A stretch of 29,468 bases of DNA, from the IMG/VR virus record IMGVR_UViG_3300011339_000926, positions 1 to 29,468 of that record, one strand, 5' to 3'. Every line of letters begins with the position of its first letter. Position 1 is the first letter of the stretch. Shown in pieces: positions 25,928-29,468 of this stretch. The translations under genes were made by a program, and so were the position numbers. The notes beneath the pieces are model-generated. The model did no database searches and had not been told where the DNA came from. It saw only the letters and a list, made by a program, of their open reading frames with translations. Source of the DNA: a virus. Taxonomy: Duplodnaviria; Caudoviricetes.

Positions 25928-26364
25928 TAAGCTTCCCCTGCCGATTTCATAAGCTCAAGTAACTGTTCATTAGTTAAGCCGCCAATGCTTTCTTCTTTTT
26001 CCTTAGGCTTAGAGGATCTCAGTTCTTTTAAGATCTTAACGTAGATTTCAGACTTTTTACATTCTTCCAAAGTTAGTTCACGTTGCATAGCATAATTTCT
26101 AAGTAGTGCTAATTGAACTACTGCGATAGTTTCTGCATCTTCTGTTTCAAATGTTTCGTCAGGATTTAACGCCTTAAGTCTTGTGTTCTCAATAGTTAAT
26201 TGTTCTGTTTGTTGCGAGAGTTCTTCTAATTTTTTACGGAGTTCATTAATCTGTTTAGTTTGAGCAATAATAGTTGAAGCTTGTGCTTTTTGATATGCTT
26301 TAGCATCATCTTCTGTTTCTATATACTGTTCAGCTAATTTATCAATACTAGAGTTATCTGACAT
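25927..26364 (-). CDS. Probable terminase small subunit
   Basis: Helical/coiled-coil 145-aa ORF translationally coupled (TAATG) to terL. The call is positional. Confidence 0.5.
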   Translation of the reverse strand: MSDNSSIDKLAEQYIETEDDAKAYQKAQASTIIAQTKQINELRKKLEELSQQTEQLTIENTRLKALNPDETFETEDAETIAVVQLALLRNYAMQRELTLEECKKSEIYVKILKELRSSKPKEKEESIGGLTNEQLLELMKSAGEA

Positions 26365-26366
26365 AT

Positions 26367-26663
26367 CTATCTCCTAAATGATGAAGCTAACTTAGCTAAT
26401 CCAGCATCATTAGCAACTGTATTAAACTTAGTTTCTAGTTCAATTTGTCGTTGAGTTAATTTTTCTAATTCAGGATTAATAGATGGAGAAGGTTTATGTT
26501 TATCTTTAAGAAGACACACAATATCAAATGCAATAAATCCTATTAAACATAGGATAGCAATAATAATAGCATTTGTGTGATAATTTAAGAAAGATATAAT
26601 TGCGGAAGCTGTGAACAAAACGAGGTACAAGCTCCTGACCAAGTTTCCATAAGTTAGGCGCAT
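26367..26663 (-). CDS. Two-TM membrane protein, holin candidate
   Basis: Two hydrophobic segments followed by a charged helical tail; adjacent to the M15A peptidase. Confidence 0.4.
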   Translation of the reverse strand: MRLTYGNLVRSLYLVLFTASAIISFLNYHTNAIIIAILCLIGFIAFDIVCLLKDKHKPSPSINPELEKLTQRQIELETKFNTVANDAGLAKLASSFRR

Positions 26664-26755
26664 TTTAATACCTTGTTAAAAAATTGAGATTTTCCGTTAA
26701 CCGCTTTAAAAATTATGCCACTAGACACTTTCGGAATTGTACTGATCTCATTATA

Positions 26756-26764
26756 AGTTGTTAA
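26756..26764 (-). promoter_or_regulatory. TTAACAACT motif (putative late promoter of the terminase unit)
   Basis: Exact copy overlapping the peptidase stop codon. Confidence 0.6.
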
Positions 26765-27270
26765 TAGTTCCATCTTCTTTTTCCTATTCTTAGATCGACA
26801 TGTAAAAAATTTTTTGCTATACCTATTGAATCAAATTGTTTAGAGCATACAGCTTCAAACCCATCAATATTTCCATCTTGAGGAACTATGTCAGCAGCAT
26901 CTCCTAATTCATGAGTTGATTTTTTAGCAACTACCGAATTAACTCCAGCTGCTCTTAAAAATGCTTGATACCTACCACAACGAAAACCTGAAGTAACAAT
27001 CAATGGTTGAGCAATATCAATTCTGACCATATCTAATTTAGTAATCAATGATTTAGATATTCTTTGTTTAGAACAATCCGGAAAATTGCAACGACAGGTA
27101 AACTCTTTTGTATGAAAATACTTAGACAATACAAAGTCCTCGCCTTTCTTCCAAACATAGTAACCATCTTCTTCTTTAATTTTTGATAAGAGAGAAGGTT
27201 GATTCTTGGAGCTGTTTCCTGACTCTCCAGTAGCCGAGGTCAATAGGAATTTCATTAACTTTGCAATCAT
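26761..27270 (-). CDS. Peptidase M15A family Zn peptidase (endolysin candidate)
   Basis: EFTCRC, VTSGFRC, STHELGDAADI and FLHVDLR motifs; SD GAGGAG upstream of 27270. Confidence 0.85.
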   Translation of the reverse strand: MIAKLMKFLLTSATGESGNSSKNQPSLLSKIKEEDGYYVWKKGEDFVLSKYFHTKEFTCRCNFPDCSKQRISKSLITKLDMVRIDIAQPLIVTSGFRCGRYQAFLRAAGVNSVVAKKSTHELGDAADIVPQDGNIDGFEAVCSKQFDSIGIAKNFLHVDLRIGKRRWNY

Positions 27271-27466
27271 TTATATACTCCTCAAAATCATCTAACAATA
27301 TTTCACGCATTTCACGAACTGAAGAAAGAACCTCTATAAACATTTGTTCACAATACTCTATTTGATCTTCCGTTCCTTCATTTTCACAACAACTATGCCA
27401 ATAATTTAAATCCTCTACTAAATTCCCAAACATCTCAATTTTTAGGTTCATCGACGGATTTTGCAT
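27176..27466 (-). CDS. Hypothetical acidic protein (start may be 27433)
   Basis: Fills the gap between neighbours; helical E/D-rich composition. Confidence 0.55.
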   Translation of the reverse strand: MQNPSMNLKIEMFGNLVEDLNYWHSCCENEGTEDQIEYCEQMFIEVLSSVREMREILLDDFEEYINDCKVNEIPIDLGYWRVRKQLQESTFSLIKN

Positions 27467-27650
27467 TTAACCTCTTTTCTTTGATTTGAGCTTTTACCTT
27501 GTTTTTATGACAAGACGGACATTTTCGCCCATTCCAAAGTTTACCTTCAGCATCCACAAATTTCTTATTTTTACCGTCAAATGAACCGACATGTTTACGG
27601 ACCTCAATCCGCCCACACCCCGAACACTTACTTAAATCAGATTCTTCCAT
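27435..27650 (-). CDS. Small zinc-finger protein
   Basis: CSGC...CPSC with a basic C-terminus. Confidence 0.65.
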   Translation of the reverse strand: MEESDLSKCSGCGRIEVRKHVGSFDGKNKKFVDAEGKLWNGRKCPSCHKNKVKAQIKEKRLNAKSVDEPKN

Positions 27651-27682
27651 TCCCAGCGACCTTGTTATGTTTCTATATACAA

Positions 27683-27691
27683 AGTTGTTAA
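27683..27691 (-). promoter_or_regulatory. TTAACAACT motif (putative late promoter)
   Basis: Exact intergenic copy followed by TATAGAAACA and preceded by a terminator-like hairpin. Confidence 0.6.
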
Positions 27692-27713
27692 AAATAGAAA
27701 CTCGAAGAGTTTC
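27690..27713 (-). terminator. Possible intrinsic terminator
   Basis: GAAACUC-UUC-GAGUUUC followed by UAUUUUU. Confidence 0.5.
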
Positions 27714-27729
27714 CGCTTATAGAAATAAT

Positions 27730-28245
27730 CTATATTATTATAGGTTTCGGCTTCCCGCTTTTTACAATAAACTCCTTAGTTAAGGAGTTGACCGCATATA
27801 CAGGAAGACGATAATGGTTATCTTCCGCATAATAAGTCAGAATAAAGTCATCTGCTTCTTTCTGAGTTTTGAACTTCCCGACTACTTTTCTAATCCCTCG
27901 AGCTGTAACAAGCTCCACATTAATTCCAGACAAGTCGGGGGATACCAAACTCCGAACATCATACTGAAGCGACTTACGCCCAACTACAATCAAATCACTA
28001 TATCCAATGTTTCTATACTTATCTCTCCAATATTCAGTGTGAAGCTTCAATGTTTCTATATCGGTAGTAACCGAAACTATCTCTAGTTCCAGAGCTTCAA
28101 TCCCGGGCTTCCCATTCAGCTCCTCATGCAGTCTAGCTAGTGCTAATGGTAAATTTTCAGAATAATTGATATAAACAAGCTTTTCTTGCTTATTTTGCAA
28201 TAAAAATACACAAGATCTTGGTAACATAAAGAAATTACTAAACAC
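27730..28245 (-). CDS. Degenerate GIY-YIG-like protein
   Basis: CVFLLQN....LVYINYS.NL and EYWRDKYRNIGY echo the GIY...YIG.S.NL and E..WI......GYN patterns. Confidence 0.5.
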   Translation of the reverse strand: MFSNFFMLPRSCVFLLQNKQEKLVYINYSENLPLALARLHEELNGKPGIEALELEIVSVTTDIETLKLHTEYWRDKYRNIGYSDLIVVGRKSLQYDVRSLVSPDLSGINVELVTARGIRKVVGKFKTQKEADDFILTYYAEDNHYRLPVYAVNSLTKEFIVKSGKPKPIII

Positions 28246-28444
28246 GAGGATGAATTCTCCTAAAAAGACCTATTTTATACTGTTTTTTTGAAGGAACCCA
28301 AGACAAATCATTAATAATCCATTCATATGCAATTCCACTCAACAAATAATCAGTTTTTTGTAAAAGGGTGCTGCGTCTATCTAACTCATGATCAATTTTA
28401 TCCATCAATCGTCTTTTACTCGAGTTTCTATATTTACGTTTCAT
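28238..28444 (-). CDS. Small basic hypothetical protein
   Basis: ATG 28444 has SD AAGGAG; 8-nt overlap with the next gene. Confidence 0.5.
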   Translation of the reverse strand: MKRKYRNSSKRRLMDKIDHELDRRSTLLQKTDYLLSGIAYEWIINDLSWVPSKKQYKIGLFRRIHPRV

Positions 28445-28496
28445 AGGGCTCCTTATCACAACGTAATACTATGTTTTTCTCATGTTCTCACATCAA

Positions 28497-28505
28497 AGTT
28501 GTTAA
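28497..28505 (-). promoter_or_regulatory. TTAACAACT motif (putative late promoter, first unit)
   Basis: Exact copy upstream of the first ORF of the module. Confidence 0.55.
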
Positions 28506-29057
28506 GTACTTAGAACATCTAAAAATTATATGTTTCTATACTTACAACTACCCTAACCTAGCATAATCACATTCTAGTTGTCAACTAAAACCTCTGTCCT
28601 TATATATGTAATATTATCATTAAATGATAAACCATAGTAACTTTGTTATACTTTGACCACCCTAACTCACAAACTACACCCCTTCTGATTCAAACAAAAT
28701 TATACCTATTTACTATTTTTATAGTATAGTCTGATAGGTAACCGCCACCCCATACCTAAAACGCATTTAAAGTCAAATATGACGTTTGAAAGGGAAACCT
28801 TATTAGGAAGGGTATGCTAGTATATATATAAAATATAATAATATACTAGTTACTACGCGTGAGATACTATGTTTCTATATTTATAAATACTGGAATTTAC
28901 TTGTGTAGTATACTTAGACATTGCAAACGAAAATGTCCCATAGGGGTGTCATATACAACAATTACAGCAACTTATATAAAAATATATAAATTATGCTTAT
29001 GAAGCATATAATTTCTGGGATAATATGGCATACTAGTTTTGAGATATATCTAATTTT

Positions 29058-29125
29058 TAGATGGTTGTATATAAGATTTATATACATCTAACCATATACA
29101 TTACCCATATACATTAACCATATAC
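29058..29125. repeat. Inverted repeat followed by ~3 tandem 13-bp repeats (CCATATACATTA core)
   Basis: tagatg-gt-tgtatataa-gat-ttatataca-tcta, then accatatacatta cccatatacatta accatatac. Confidence 0.7.
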
Positions 29126-29213
29126 CTCATAACTTAACCTAGTATCTTCATAGCTTGATAACCTCCCTATGGTATCAGATAACCTATGTTGTTATCTCAC
29201 TCAATACTAGTCA

Positions 29214-29230
29214 TGCAGATATCATGCCAA
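29214..29230 (-). promoter_or_regulatory. sigma54 (-24/-12) promoter, leftward
   Basis: TTGGCATGATATCTGCA has exact GG-N10-GC spacing and is close to consensus YTGGCACGNNNNTTGCW. Confidence 0.65.
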
Positions 29231-29268
29231 ACTATAGGATACTATATATCTATATATATCAGATAACG

Positions 29269-29419
29269 TGGTGTCTAAATGACACTACATGGTGTCACAT
29301 TGTCACTATTATGGTGTCACAATGACTCTAATAGGCTAAGTGCTTGAAAGTACATATATAGTGTCATATAGTCACTACATGGTGTCACATTGTCACTAGA
29401 TGGTGTCAGAGTGAACCAG
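29269..29419. repeat. Six phased 19-bp imperfect palindromes in two triplets (enhancer/operator array)
   Basis: Units start at 29269, 29290, 29312, 29359, 29380 and 29401, with consensus TGGTGTCACAWTGWCACTA. A 26-bp exact repeat occurs at 29283 and 29373. Confidence 0.85.
29337..29349 (-). promoter_or_regulatory. IHF-like site between the two triplets
   Basis: TTTCAAGCACTTA vs consensus WATCAANNNNTTR (1 mismatch). Confidence 0.5.
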
Positions 29420-29433
29420 TGCGGTTTACGTAG

Positions 29434-29446
29434 TTTCAATAGGTTA
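29434..29446 (+). promoter_or_regulatory. IHF-like site between the array and the rightward promoter
   Basis: TTTCAATAGGTTA vs consensus WATCAANNNNTTR (1 mismatch). Confidence 0.5.
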
Positions 29447-29449
29447 ATG

Positions 29450-29466
29450 TTGGCACGGTTCTTGTA
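29450..29466 (+). promoter_or_regulatory. sigma54-like promoter, rightward
   Basis: TTGGCACGGTTCTTGTA has a perfect -24 box; the -12 box is TTGT instead of TTGC. Confidence 0.55.
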
Positions 29467-29468
29467 GT

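Noticed and set aside
3598-28086. All plus-strand ORFs in the track (e.g. 3598-3822, 5204-5476, 7924-8106, 10567-11001, 15026-15280, 16600-16836, 21191-21457, 27814-28086)
   Set aside because: They are antisense shadows of well-supported minus-strand genes and show no recognisable motifs.
8759-28505. TTAACAACT as an AR9-type AACA-N6-TA late promoter
   Set aside because: The AACA core is shared, but a TA at the fixed N6 distance is not consistent across copies, and the gene content is not jumbo-phage-like.
29269-29419. CRISPR array
   Set aside because: Units are 19 bp, degenerate and separated by only 2-3 bp within triplets, so there are no spacers. No cas genes are present.
1-29468. tRNA, rRNA, integrase or IS elements
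   Set aside because: No cloverleaf/T-loop signatures, rRNA-like tracts, or recombinase/transposase motifs were noticed by eye.

Overview
This is an AT-rich window from a tailed dsDNA phage (Caudoviricetes) covering the packaging, head and fibre module. Every credible gene is on the minus strand. In transcription order (right to left) it holds: ~1 kb of non-coding control DNA; small ORFs including a degenerate GIY-YIG protein and a Zn-finger; an M15A peptidase; a holin-like protein; probable TerS; TerL; a trypsin-like protease; portal; a lytic transglycosylase; a ~8 kb inserted fibre/spike block built from paralogous parts; scaffold; decoration protein; major capsid protein; structural proteins; a 1268-aa multi-domain fibre; small basic proteins; a Dps-like protein; and a fibre gene truncated at the left edge. 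Three genes missing from the ORF track were added (1-1217, 19896-20072, 20668-20802). The most interesting signals are non-coding. (1) Two divergent sigma54-type promoters flank two triplets of phased GTGTC-N5-GACAC-type boxes and two IHF-like sites. (2) A TTAACAACT motif precedes eight transcription units and is a probable late promoter. (3) Co-oriented TGTTTCTATA boxes cluster in the 4.5 kb around the terminase genes. (4) A TTGACA-N16-TATAAT promoter with an overlapping GTGTCA palindrome sits inside the late operon. (5) Several structured 5' leaders occur, including twin bulged hairpins before the scaffold gene. All family calls come from motif recognition by eye; no database search was run.
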